NCBI GenBank assembly: GCA_030390025.1
Contig: CM059432.1
Coordinates: 141,858,001-141,922,000 of the forward strand
From: Squalus acanthias
Lineage: Eukaryota
Direction of reading: 5' to 3'
DNA length: 64,000 nucleotides
The translations under genes and the position numbers were made by a program. How positions within the stretch are numbered: position 1 is the first letter of the stretch; every line of letters begins with the position of its first letter. Positions 25,757 to 39,700 of this stretch are shown here, piece after piece. The notes under the pieces are model-generated. The model was not told the DNA's origin. It saw only the letters and a program-made list of their open reading frames with translations, and ran no database searches.

Positions 25757-28700
25757 GCTCCCGCTGGTGCTAATGAATGGGCCTCCACTGGTCCTAATGA
25801 ATGGGCTCCCCCTGGTCCTAATGAATGGGCTCCCCCTGGTCCTAATGAATGGGCTCCCCCTGGTCCTAATGAATGGGCTCCCCCTGGTCCTAATGAATGG
25901 GATCCCGCTGGTGCTAATGAATGGGCCCCCCCTGGTCCTAATGAATGGGCTCCCCCTCGTCCTAATGAATGGGATCCCGCTGGTGCTAATGAATGGGCCC
26001 CACTGGTCCTAATGAATGGGCTCCCCCTGGTCCTAATGAATGGGCTCCCCCTGGTCCTAATGAATGGGATCCCCCTGGTCCTAATGAATAGGATCCCGCT
26101 GGTGCTAATGAATGGGCCCCACTGGTCCTAATGAATGGGCTCCCCCTGGTCCTAATGAATGGGCTCCCCCTGGTCCTAATGAATGGGATCCCCCTGGTCC
26201 TAATGAATGGGCCCCCACTGGTCCTAATGAATGGGCTCCCCCTGGTCCTAATGAATGGGCTCCCCCTGGTCCGAATGAATGGGATCCCGCTGGTGCTAAT
26301 GAATGGGCCCCACTGGTCCTAATGAATGGGCTCCCCCTGGTCCTAATGAATGGGCTCCCCCTGGTCCTAATGAATGGGATCCCGCTGGTGCTAATGAATG
26401 GGCTCCCCCTGGTCCTAATGAATGGGCCCCCACTGGTCCTAATGAATGGGATCCCGCTGGTGCTAATGAATGGGCTCCCCCTAATGCTAATGAATGGGCC
26501 CCCACTGGTCCTAATGAATGGGCTCCCCCTGGGCCTAATGAATGGGCTCCCCCTGGTCCTAATGAATGGGCTCCCCCTGGTGCTAATGAATGGGCCCCAC
26601 TGGTCCTAATGAATGGGATCCCGCTGGTGCTAATGAATGGGCTCCCCCTAATGCTAATGAATGGGCCCCCACTGGTCCTAATGAATGGGCTCCCCCTGGG
26701 CCTAATGAATGGGCTCCCCCTGGTCCTAATGAATGGGCTCCCCCTGGTCCTAATGAATGGGCCCCCACTGGTCCTAATGAATGGGCTCCCCCTGGTCCTA
26801 ATGAATGGGCTCCCACTGGTCCTAATGAATGGGCTCCGGCTGGTCCTAATGAATGGGCTCCCCCTGGTGCTAATGAATGGGTCCCCACTGGTGCTAATGA
26901 ATGGGCTCCCGCTGGTCCTAATGAATGGGCTCCGGCTGGTCCTAATGAATGGGCTCCCCCTGGTGCTAATGAATGTGTATCCACTGGTGCTAATGAATGG
27001 GCTCCCCCTGGTCCTAATGAATGGGCTCCCGCTGGTGCTAATGAATGGGCCCCCACTGGTCCTAATGAATGGGCTCCCGCTGGTGCTAATGAATGGGCTC
27101 CCGCTGGTGATAATGAATGGGCTCCCACTGGTCCTAATGAATGGGCCCCCACTGGTGCTAATGAATGGGCCCCACTGGTGCTAATGAATGGGCTCGGCTG
27201 GTCCTAATGAATGGGCTCCCCCTGGTGCTAATGAATGGGCTCCCACTGGTCCTAATGAATGGGCTCCCCCTGGTCCTAATGAATGGGATCCCGCTGGTGC
27301 TAATGAATGGGCTCCCACTGGTCCTAATGAATGGGCTCCCCCTAGTCCTAATGAATGGGATCCCGCTGGTGCTAATGAATGGGCCCCCAGTGGTGCTAAT
27401 GAATGGGCTCCCCCTGGTCCTAATGAATGGACTCCCGCTGGTGCTAATGAATGGGCTCCCCCTGGTCCTAATGAATTGGATCCCGCTAGAGCTAATGAAT
27501 GGCCCCCCACTGGTCCTAATGAAGGGGATCCTGCTGGTGCTAATGAATGGGCTCCCCCTAATGCTAATGAATGGGCTCCGGCTGGTCCTAATGAATGGGC
27601 TCCCCCTGGTGCTAATGAATGGGCCCCCACTGGTGCTAATGAATGGGCTCCCCCTGGTCCTAATGAATGGGCCCCCACTGGTGCTAATGAATGGGCCCCC
27701 ACCGGTGCTAATGAATGGGCCCCACTGGTGCTAATGAATGGGCTCCCCCTGGTGCTAATGAATGGGCTCCGGCTGGTCCTAATGAATGGGATCCCGCTGG
27801 TGCTAATGAATGGGCCCCCACTGGTCCTAATGAATGGGATCCCGCTGGTGCTAATGAATGGGCTCCCCCTAATACTAATGAATGGGCTCCGGCTGGTCCT
27901 AATGAATGGGCTCCCCCTGGTGCTAATGAATGGGCCCCCACTGGTGCTAATGAATGGGCTCCCCCTGGTCCTAAAGAATGGGCTCCCGCTGGTGCTAATA
28001 AATGGGCTCCCGCTGGTGCTAATGAATGGGCTCCAGCTGGTCCTAATGAATGGGCTCCCCCTGGTCCTAATGAATGGGCTCCCGCTTGTGCTAATGAATG
28101 GGCTCCCCCTAGTGCTAATGAATGGGCTCCCACTGGTCCTAATGAATGGACTCCCGGTGGTGCTAATGAATGGGCTCCCCCTGGTCCTAATGAATGGGCT
28201 CCCCCTGGTCCTAATGAATGGGCTCCCGCTGGTGCTAATGAATGGGATCCCGCTGGTGCTAATGAATGGGCTCCCCCTGGTCCTAATGAATGGGCTCCCC
28301 CTGGTCCTAATGAATGGGCTCCCGCTGGTGCTAATGAATGGGATCCCGCTGGTCCTAATGAATGGGATCCCGCTGGTCCTAATGAATGGACTCCCGGTGG
28401 TGCTAATGAATGGGCTCCCCCTGATCCTAATGAATGGGCTCCAGCTGGTCCTAATGAATGGGCTCCCCCTGGTGCTAATGAATGGGCCCCACTGGTCCTA
28501 ATGAATGGGATCCCGCTGGTGCTAATGAATGGGCTCCCCCTAATGCTAATGAATGGGCTCCGGCTGGTCCTAATGAATGGGCTCCCCCTGGTGCTAATGA
28601 ATGGGCCCCCACTGGTGCTAATGAATGGGCTCCCCCTGGTCCTAATGAATGGGCCCCCACTGGTCCTAATGAATGGGATCCCGCTGGTGCTAATGAATGG

Positions 28701-31700
28701 GCTCCCACTGGTGCTAATGAATGGGCTCCCCCTGGTCCTAATGAATGGGCCCCCACTGGTCCTAATGAATGGGATCCCGCTGGTGCTAATGAATGGGCTC
28801 CCCCTAATGCTAATGAATGGGCTCCGGCTGGTCCTAATGAATGGGCTCCCCCTGGTGCTAATGAATGGGCTCCCACTGGTGCTAATGAATGGGCTCCCCC
28901 TGGTCCTAATGAATGGGCTCCCGCTGGTGCTAATGAATGGGCTCCAGCTGGTCCTAATGAATGGGATCCCGCTGGTGCTAATGAATGGGCCCCCACTGGT
29001 CCTAATGAATGGGATCCCGCTGGTGCTAATGAATGGGCTCCCCCTAATACTAATGAATGGGCTCCGGCTGGTCCTAATGAATGGGCTCCCCCTGGTGCTA
29101 ATGAATGGGCCCCCACTGGTGCTAATGAATGGGCTCCCCCTGGTCCTAATGAATGGGCTCCCGCTGGTGCTAATGAATGGGCTCCCGCTGGTGCTAATGA
29201 ATGGGCTCCGGCTGGTCCTAATGAATGGGCTCCCCCTGGTCCTAATGAATGGGCTCCCGCTTGTGCTAATGAATGGGCTCCCCCTAGTGCTAATGAATGG
29301 GCTCCCACTGGTCCTAATGAATGGGCTCCCCCTGGTGCTAATGAATGGGCCCCACTGGTCCTAATGAATGGGCTCCCGCTGGTGCTAATGAATGGGCTCC
29401 CACTGGTCCTAATGAATGGGCTCCCCCTGGTCCTAATGAATGGGATCCCACTGGTGCTAATGAATGGGCCCTCACTGGTGCTAATGAATGGGCTCCCCCT
29501 GGTCCTAATGAATGGACTCCCGGTGGTGCTAATGAATGGGCTCCCCCTGGTCCTAATGAATGGGCTCCAGCTGGTCCTAATGAATGGGCTCCCCCTGGTC
29601 CTAATGAATGGGCCCCCACTGGTCCTAATGAATGGGATCCCGCTGGTGCTAATGAATGTGCTCCCCCTAATGCTAATGAATGGGCTCTAGCTGGTCCGAA
29701 TGAATGTGCTCCCCCTGGTCGTAATGAATGGGCCCCCACTGGTGATAATGAATGGCCCCCCACTGGTCCTAATGAATGGGCTCTGGCTGGTCCTAATGAA
29801 TGGGCTCCGGCTGGTGCTAATGAATGGGCTCCGACTGGTCCTAATGAATGGGCTCCCCCTAATCCTAATGAATGGGATCCCGCTGGTGCTAATGAATGGG
29901 CCCCCAGTGGTGCTAATGAATGGGCTCCCCCTGGTCCTAATGAATGGACTCCCGCTGGTGCTAATGAATGGGCTCCCCCTGGTCCTAATCATTAGGATCC
30001 CGCTAGAGCTAATGAATGGCCCCCCACTGGTCCTAATGAATGGGCTCTGGCTGGTCCTAATGAATGGGATCCCGCTGGTGCTAATGAATGGGCTCCCACT
30101 GGTCCTAATGAATGGGCTCCCCCTAGTCCTAATGAATGGGATCCCGCTGGTGCTAATGAATGGGCCCCCCGTGGTGCTAATGAATGGGCTCCCCCTGGTC
30201 CTAATGAATGGACTCCCGCTGGTGCTAATGAATGGGCTCCCCCTGGTCCTAATGAATAGGATCCCGCTAGAGCTAATGAATGGCCCCCCACTGGTCCTAA
30301 TGAACGGGATCCCGCTGGTGCTAATGAATGGGCTCCCCCTAATGCTAATGAATGGGCTCCGGCTGGTCCTAATGAATGGGCTCCCCCTGGTGCTAATGAA
30401 TGGGCCCCCACTGGTGCTAATGAATGGGCTCCCCCTGGTCCTAATGAATGGGCCCCCACTGGTGCTAATGAATGGGCCCCCACTGGTGCTAATGAATGGG
30501 CCCCACTGGTGCTAATGAATGGGCTCCCCCTGGTGCTAATGAATGGGCTCCGGCTGGTCCTAATGAATGGGATCCCGCTGGTGCTAATGAATGGGCCCCC
30601 ACTGGTCCTAATGAATGGGATCCCGCTGGTGCTAATGAATGGGCTCCCCCTAATACTAATGAATGGGCTCCGGCTGGTCCTAATGAATGGGCTCCCCCTG
30701 GTGCTAATGAATGGGCCCCCACTGGTGCTAATGAATGGGCTCCCCCTGGTCCTAATGAATGGGCTCCCGCTGGTGCTAATAAATGGGCTCCCGCTGGTGC
30801 TAATGAATGGGCTCCCCCTAGTGCTAATGAATGGGCTCCCACTGGTCCTAATGAATGGACTCCCGGTGGTGCTAATGAATGGGCTTCCCCTGGTCCTAAT
30901 GAATGGGCTCCAGCTGGTCCTAATGAATGGGCTCCCCCTGGTGCTAATGAATGGGCCCCACTGGTCCTAATGAATGGGATCCTGCTGGTGCTAATGAATG
31001 GGCTCCCCCTAATGCTAATGAATGGGCTCCGGCTGGTCCTAATGAATGGGCTCCCCCTGGTGCTAATGAATGGGCCCCCACTGGTGCTAATGAATGGGCT
31101 CCCCCTGGTCCTAATGAATGGGCCCCCACTGGTCCTAATGAATGGGATCCCGCTGGTGCTAATGAATGGGCTCCCCCTGGTCCTAATGAATGGGCTCCCC
31201 CTGGTCCTAATGAATGGGCTCCCGCTGGTGCTAATGAATGGGATCCCGCTGGTCCTAATGAATGGGATCCCGCTGGTCCTAATGAATGGACTCCCGGTGG
31301 TGCTAATGAATGGGCTCCCCCTGGTCCTAATGAATGGGCTCCAGCTGGTCCTAATGAATGGGCTCCCCCTGGTGCTAATGAATGGGCCCCCACTGGTCCT
31401 AATGAATGGGATCCCGCTGGTGCTAATGAATGGGCTCCCCCTAATGCTAATGAATGGGCTCCGGCTGGTCCTAATGAATGGGCTCCCCCTGGTGCTAATG
31501 AATGGGCCCCCACTGGTGCTAATGAATGGGCTCCCCCTGGTCCTAATGAATGGGCCCCCACTGGTCCTAATGAATGGGATCCCGCTGGTGCTAATGAATG
31601 GGCTCCCACTGGTGCTAATGAATGGGCTCCCCCTGGTCCTAATGAATGGGCCCCCACTGGTCCTAATGAATGGGATCCCGCTGGTGCTAATGAATGGGCT

Positions 31701-34700
31701 CCCCCTAATGCTAATGAATGGGCTCCGGCTGGTCCTAATGAATGGGCTCCCCCTGGTGCTAATGAATGGGCCCCCACTGGTGCTAATGAATGGGCTCCCC
31801 CTGGTCCTAATGAATGGGCTCCCGCTGGTGCTAATGAATGGGCTCCAGCTGGTCCTAATGAATGGGATCCCGCTGGTGCTAATGAATGGGCCCCCACTGG
31901 TCCTAATGAATGGGATCCCGCTGGTGCTAATGAATGGGCTCCCCCTAATACTAATGAATGGGCTCCGGCTGGTCCTAATGAATGGGCTCCCCCTGGTGCT
32001 AATGAATGGGCCCCCACTGGTGCTAATGAATGGGCTCCCCCTGGTCCTAATGAATGGGCTCCCGCTGGTGCTAATAAATGGGCTCCCGCTGGTGCTAATG
32101 AATGGGCTCCGGCTGGTCCTAATGAATGGGCTCCCCCTGGTCCTAATGAATGGGCTCCCGCTTGTGCTAATGAATGGGCTCCCCCTAGTGCTAATGAATG
32201 GGCTCCCACTGGTCCTAATGAATGGGCTCCCCCTGGTGCTAATGAATGGGCCCCACTGGTCCTAATGAATGGGCTCCCGCTGGTGCTAATGAATGGGCTC
32301 CCACTGGTCCTAATGAATGGGCTCCCCCTGGTCCTAATGAATGGGATCCCACTGGTGCTAATGAATGGGCCCTCACTGGTGCTAATGAATGGGCTCCCCC
32401 TGGTCCTAATGAATGGACTCCCGGTGGTGCTAATGAATGGGCTCCCCCTGGTCCTAATGAATGGGCTCCAGCTGGTCCTAATGAATGGGCTCCCCCTGGT
32501 CCTAATGAATGGGCCCCCACTGGTCCTAATGAATGGGCTCCCCCTAATGCTAATGAATGGGCTCCGGCTGGTCCTAATGAATGTGCTCCCCCTGGTCCTA
32601 ATGAATGGGCCCCCACTGGTGATAATGAATGGCCCCCCACTGGTCCTAATGAATGGGCTCTGGCTGGTCCTAATGAATGGGCTCCGGCTGGTGCTAATGA
32701 ATGGGCTCCGACTGGTCCTAATGAATGGGCTCCCCCTAATCCTAATGAATGGGATCCCGCTGGTGCTAATGAATGGGCCCCCAGTGGTGCTAATGAATGG
32801 GCTCCCCCTGGTCCTAATGAATGGACTCCCGCTGGTGCTAATGAATGGGCTCCCCCTGGTCCTAATGAATAGGATCCCGCTAGAGCTAATGAATGGCCCC
32901 CCACTGGTCCTAATGAATGGGCTCTGGCTGGTCCTAATGAATGGGATCCCGCTGGTGCTAATGAATGGGCTCCCACTGGTCCTAATGAATGGGCTCCCCC
33001 TAGTCCTAATGAATGGGATCCCGCTGGTGCTAATGAATGGGCCCCCCGTGGTGCTAATGAATGGGCTCCCCCTGGTCCTAATGAATGGACTCCCGCTGGT
33101 GCTAATGAATGGGCTCCCCCTGGTCCTAATGAATAGGATCCCGCTAGAGCTAATGAATGGCCCCCCACTGGTTCTAATGAATGGGATCCCGCTGGTGCTA
33201 ATGAATGGGCTCCCCCTAATGCTCATGAATGGGCTCCGGCTGGTCCTAATGAATGGGCTCCTCCTGGTGCTAATGAATGGGCCCCCACTGGTGCAAATAA
33301 ATGGGCTCCCCCTGGTCCTAATGAATGGGCCCCCACTGGTGCTAATGAATGGGCCCCCACTGGTGCTAATGAATGGGCCCCACTGGTGCTAATGAATGGG
33401 CTCCCCCTGGTGCTAATGAATGGGCTCCGGCTGGTCCTAATGAATGGGATCCCGCTGGTGCTAATGAATGGGCCCCCACTGGTCCTAATGAATGGGATCC
33501 CGCTGGTGCTAATGAATGGGCTCCCCCTAATACTAATGAATGGGCTCCGGCTGGTCCTAATGAATGGGATCCCGCTGGTGCTAATGAATGGGCCCCCACT
33601 GGTCCTAATGAATGGGATCCCGCTGGTGCTAATGAATGGGCTCCCCCTAGTACTAATGAATGGGCTCCGGCTGGTCCTAATGAATGGGCTCCCCCTGGTC
33701 CTAATGAATGGGCTCCCGCTTGTGCTAATGAATGGCCCCCCACTGGTCCTAATGAATGGGATCCCGCTGGTGCTAATGAATGGGCTCCCCCTAATGCTCA
33801 TGAATGGGCTCCGGCTGGTCCTAATGAATGGGCTCCCCCTGGTGCTAATGAATGGGCCCCCACTGGTGCTAATGAATGGGCTCCCCCTGGTCCTAATGAA
33901 TGGGCCCCCACTGGTGCTAATGAATGGGCCCCCACTGGTGCTAATGAATGGGCCCCACTGGTGCTAATGAATGGGCTCCCCCTGGTGCTAATGAATGGGC
34001 TCCGGCTGGTCCTAATGAATGGGATCCCGCTGGTGCTAATGAATGGGACCCCACTGGTCCTAATGAATGGGATCCCGCTGGTGCTAATGAATGGGCTCCC
34101 CCTAATACTAATGAATGGGCTCCGGCTGGTCCTAATGAATGGGATCCCGCTGGTGCTAATGAATGGGCCCCCACTGGTCCTAATGAATGGGATCCCGCTG
34201 GTGCTAATGAATGGGCTCCCCCTAATACTAATGAATGGGCTCCGGCTGGTCCTAATGAATGGGCTCCCCCTGGTCCTAATGAATGGGCTCCCGCTTGTGC
34301 TAATGAATGGGCTCCCCCTAGTGCTAATGAATGGGCTCCCACTGGTCCTAATGAATGGACTCCCGGTGGTGCTAGTGAATGGGCTTCCCCTGGTCCTAAT
34401 GAATGGGCTCCAGCTGGTCCTAATGAATGGGCTCCCCCTGGTGCTAATGAATGGGCCCCACTGGTCCTAATGAATGGGATCCCGCTGGTGCTAATGAATG
34501 GGCTCCCCCTAATGCTAATGAATGGGCTCCGGCTGGTCCTAATGAATGGGCTCCCCCTGGTGCTAATGAATGGGCCCCCACTGGTGCTAATGAATGGGCT
34601 CCCCCTGGTCCTAATGAATGGGCCCCCACTGGTCCTAATGAATGGGATCCCGCTGGTGCTAATGAATGGGCTCCCACTGGTGCTAATGAATGGGCTCCCC

Positions 34701-36542
34701 CTGGTCCTAATGAATGGGCCCCCACTGGTCCTAATGAATGGGATCCCGCTGGTGCTAATGAATGGGCTCCCCCTAATGCTAATGAATGGGCTCCGGCTGG
34801 TCCTAATGAATGGGCTCCCCCTGGTGCTAATGAATGGGCCCCCACTGGTGCTAATGAATGGGCTCCCCCTGGTCCTAATGAATGGGCTCCCGCTGGTGCT
34901 AATGAATGGGCTCCGGCTGTTCCTCATGAATGGGATCCCGCTGGTGCTAATGAATGGGCCCCCACTGGTCCTAATGAATGGGATCCCGCTGGTGCTAATG
35001 AATGGGCTCCCCCTAATACTAATGAATGGGCTCCGGCTGGTCCTAATGAATGGGCTCCCCCTGGTGCTAATGAATGGGCCCCCACTGGTGCTAATGAATG
35101 GGCTCCCCCTGGTCCTAATGAATGGGCTCCCGCTGGTGCTAATAAATGGGCTCCCGCTGGTGCTAATGAATGGGCTCCGGCTGGTCCTAATGAATGGGCT
35201 CCCCCTGGTCCTAATGAATGGGCTCCCGCTTGTGCTAATGAATGGGCTCCCCCTAGTGCTAATGAATGGGCTCCCACTGGTCCTAATGAATGGGCTCCCC
35301 CTGGTGCTAATGAATGGGCCCCACTGGTCCTAATGGGCTCCCGCTGGTGCTAATGAATGGGCTCCCACTGGTCCTAATGAATGGGCTCCCCCTGGTCCTA
35401 ATGAATGGGATCCCACTGGTGCTAATGAATGGGCTCCCCCTGGTCCTGATGAATGGGCTCCAGCTGGTCCTAATGAATGGGCTCCCCCTGGTCCTAATGA
35501 ATGGGCCCCCACTGGTCCTAATGAATGGGATCCCGCTGGTGCTAATGAATGTGCTCCCCCTAATGCTAATGAATGGGCTCCGGCTGGTCCTAATGAATGG
35601 GCTCCCCCTGGTCCTAATGAATGGGCCCCCACTGGTGCTAATGAATGGCCCCCCACTGGTCCTAATGAATGTGCTCCCCCTGGTCCTAATGAATGGGATC
35701 CCGCTGGTGCTAATGAATGGGCCCCCACTGGTGCTAATGAATGTGCCCCAATGGTGCTAATGAATGGGCTCCCCCTGGTGCTAATGAATGGGCTCCGGCT
35801 GGTCCTAATAAATGGGATCCCGCTGGTGCTAATGAATGGGCCCCCACTGGTCCTAATGAATGGGATCCCGCTGGTGCTAATGAATGGGCTCCCCCTAATG
35901 CTAATAAATGGGATCCCGCTGGTGCTAATGAATGGGCCCCCACTGGTCCTAATGAATGGGATCCCGCTGGTGCTAATTAATGGGCTCCCCTAATGCTAAT
36001 GAATGGGCTCCCCATGGTCCTAATGAATGGGCTCCCGCTGGTGCTAATGAATGGGCTCCCGCTGGTGCTAATGAATGGGCTCCGGCTGGTCCTAATGAAT
36101 GGGCTCCCCCTGGTGCTAATGAATGGGCTCCCACTGGTCCTAATGAATGGGCTCCCCCTGGTGCTAATGAATGGGCTCCCGCTGGTGCTAATGAATGGGC
36201 TCCCGCTGGTGCTAATGAATGGGCCTCCACTGGTGCTAATGAATGGGCCCCCACTGGTGCTAATGAATTGGCTCCCGCTGGTCCTAATGAATGGGCTCCC
36301 CCTGGTGCTAATGAATGGGCCTCACTGGTGCTAATGAATGGGCCCCCACTGGTGCTAATGAATGGGCTCCGGCTGGTCCTAATGAATGGGCTCCCCCTGG
36401 TGCTAATGAATGGGCTCCCCCTGGTGCTAATGAATGGGCTCCCACTGGTCCTAATGAATGGGCCCCCACTGGTCCTAATGAATGGGCCCCCACTGGTCCT
36501 AATGAATGGGTCCCCACTGGTGCTAATCGATGGGCTCCTGCT

Positions 36543-36774
36543 GTCGTAAATCTGTGGAATTCTCTGCCCCAGAGAGCTGTGGAGGCTAGGTCATTAAATA
36601 CATTTAAGGTGGAGATAGACAGATTTTTGCAAGATAATGGAGTGAAGGATTATGGGGAGCGGGCAGGGAAGTGGCTTTGAGCCCAAGATCAGCCATGATC
36701 TTATTGAATTGCGGAGCAGGCTCGAGGGGCCAAGTGGCCTATTCCTGCTCCTATATCTTATGTTCTTATGTTCT
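36543..36774 (+). mobile_element. CR1 3' fragment within the satellite (copy 1)
   Basis: VVNLWNSLPQRAVEARSLNTFKVEIDRFL followed by the tatgttct tail. Confidence 0.92.
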
Positions 36775-39700
36775 AATGAATGGAATCCCGCTGGTCCTAA
36801 TGAATGGGCTCCACTGGTCCTAATGAATGGGCTCCACTGGTCCAAATGAATGGACTCCACTGGTCCAAATGAATGGACTCCTGCTGGTTCTAATGAATGG
36901 GCTCCCGCTGATTCTAATGAATGTGCTCCCACTGGTTCTAATGAATGGAATCCCAGCTGGTGCTAATGAATGGGCACTGCTGGTCCTAATGAATGGGCTC
37001 CAGCTGGTCCTAATGAATGGACTCCCGCTGATCCTAATGAATGGGCTCCCCCTGGTGCTAATGAATGGGCTCCGGCTGGTCCTAATGAATGGTCTCCACT
37101 GGTCCTAATGAATAGGCCCCCACTGGTCCTAATGAATGGACTCCGGCTGGTCCTAATGAATGGGCTCCCCCTGGTCCTAATGAATGGGCTCCCCCTGGTC
37201 CTAATGAATGGGCTCCCGCTGGTCCTAATGAATGGGCTCTGCTGGTCCTAATGAATGGGCTCCGGCTGGTCCTAATGAATGGGCTCCCCCTGGTCCTAAA
37301 GAATGGGCTCCCCCTGGTCCTAATGAATGGGCTCCCCCTGGTCCTAAAGAATGGGCTCCCCCTGGTCCTAATGAATGGGCTCCCGCTGGTCCTAATGAAT
37401 GGGCTCCCGCTGGTCCTAATGAATGGGCCCCACTGGTGCTAATGAATGGGCTCCCCACTGGTCCTAATGAATGGGCTCCCCCTGGTCCTAATGAATGGGC
37501 TCCCCCTGGTCCTAATGAATGGGCCCCACTGGTGCTAATGAATGGGCTCCCCCTGGTCCTAATGAATGGGCTCCCGCTGGTCCTAATGAATGGGCCCCAC
37601 TGGTGCTAATGAATGGGCTCTGCTGGTCCTAATGAATGGGCTCCCACTGGTGCTAATGAATGGGCTCCCCCTGGTCCTAATGAATGGGCTCCCGCTGGTC
37701 CTAATGAATGGGCCCCACTGGTGCTAATGAATGGGCTCTGCTGGTCCTAATGAATGGGCTCCCACTGGTGCTAATGAATGGGCTCCCGCTGGTCCTAATG
37801 AATGGGCTCCCGCTGGTGCTAATGAATGGGCTCCCCCTGGTCCTAATGAATGGGCTCCCGCTGGTGCTAATGAATGGGCTCCCCCTGGTCATAATGAATG
37901 GGCTCCCGCTGGTGCTAATGAATGGGCTCCCGCTGGTGCTAATGAATGGGCTCCCCCTGGTCCTAATGAATGGGCTCCCGCTGGTGCTAATGAATGGGCT
38001 CCCGCTGGTGCTAATGAATGGGCTCCCGCTGGTGCTAATGAATGGGCTCCCGCTGGTCCTAATGAATGGGCTCCCGCTGGTCCTAATGAATGGGCTCCCG
38101 CTGGTGCTAATGAATGGGCTCCCGCTGGTGCTAATGAATGGGCTCCCGCTGGTGCTAATGAATGGGCTCCCCCTGGTCCTAATGAATGGGCTCCCCCTGG
38201 TGCTAATGAATGGGCCCCCACTGGTGCTAATGAATGGGCTCCCCCTGGTCCTAATGAATGGGCCCCCACTGGTCCTAATGAATGGGATCCCGCTGGTGCT
38301 AATGAATGGGCTCCCACTGGTGCTAATGAATGGGCTCCCCCTGGTCCTAATGAATGGGCCCCCACTGGTCCTAATGAATGGGATCCCGCTGGTGCTAATG
38401 AATGGGCTCCCCCTAATGCTAATGAATGGGCTCCGGCTGGTCCTAATGAATGGGCTCCCCCTGGTGCTAATGAATGGGCCCCCACTGGTGCTAATGAATG
38501 GGCTCCCCCTGGTCCTAATGAATGGGCTCCCGCTGGTGCTAATGAATGGGCTCCCGCTGGTCCTAATGAATGGGATCCCGCTGGTGCTAATGAATGGGCC
38601 CCCACTGGTCCTAATGAATGGGATCCCGCTGGTGCTAATGAATGGGCTCCCCCTAATGCTAATGAATGGGCTCCGGCTGGTCCTAATGAATGGGCTCCCC
38701 CTGGTGCTAATGAATGGGCCCCCACTGGTGCTAATGAATGGGCTCCCCCTGGTCCTAATGAATGGGCTCCCGCTGGTGCTAATAAATGGGCTCCCGCTGG
38801 TGCTAATGAATGGGCTCCGGCTGGTCCTAATGAATGGGCTCCCCCTGGTCCTAATGAATGGGCTCCCGCTTGTGCTAATGAATGGGCTCCCCCTAGTGCT
38901 AATGAATGGGCTCCCACTGGTCCTAATGAATGGGCTCCCCCTGGTGCTAATGAATGGGCCCCACTGGTCCTAATGAATGGGCTCCCGCTGGTGCTAATGA
39001 ATGGGCTCCCACTGGTCCTAATGAATGGGCTCCCCCTGGTCCTAATGAATGGGATCCCACTGGTGCTAATGAATGGGCCCTCACTGGTGCTAATGAATGG
39101 GCTCCCCCTGGTCCTAATGAATGGACTCCCGGTGGTGCTAATGAATGGGCTCCCCCTGGTCCTAATGAATGGGCTCCAGCTGGTCCTAATGAATGGGCTC
39201 CCCCTGGTCCTAATGAATGGGCCCCCACTGGTCCTAATGAATGGGATCCCGCTGGTGCTAATGAATGTGCTCCCCCTAATGCTAATGAATGGGCTCCGGC
39301 TGGTCCTAATGAATGTGCTCCCCCTGGTCCTAATGAATGGGCCCCCACTGGTGATAATGAATGGCCCCCCACTGGTCCTAATGAATGGGCTCTGGCTGGT
39401 CCTAATGAATGGGCTCCGGCTGGTGCTAATGAATGGGCTCCGACTGGTCCTAATGAATGGGCTCCCCCTAATCCTAATGAATGGGATCCCGCTGGTGCTA
39501 ATGAATGGGCCCCCAGTGGTGCTAATGAATGGGCTCCCCCTGGTCCTAATGAATGGACTCCCGCTGGTGCTAATGAATGGGCTCCCCCTGGTCCTAATGA
39601 ATAGGATCCCGCTAGAGCTAATGAATGGCCCCCCACTGGTCCTAATGAATGGGCTCTGGCTGGTCCTAATGAATGGGATCCCGCTGGTGCTAATGAATGG

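Noticed and set aside
25319..26012. GC-rich ORFs over the CpG island as an ABHD5/ABHD4 first exon
   Set aside because: There is no similarity to recalled ABHD4/5 N-termini; the frames are open because of GC content and run into the satellite.
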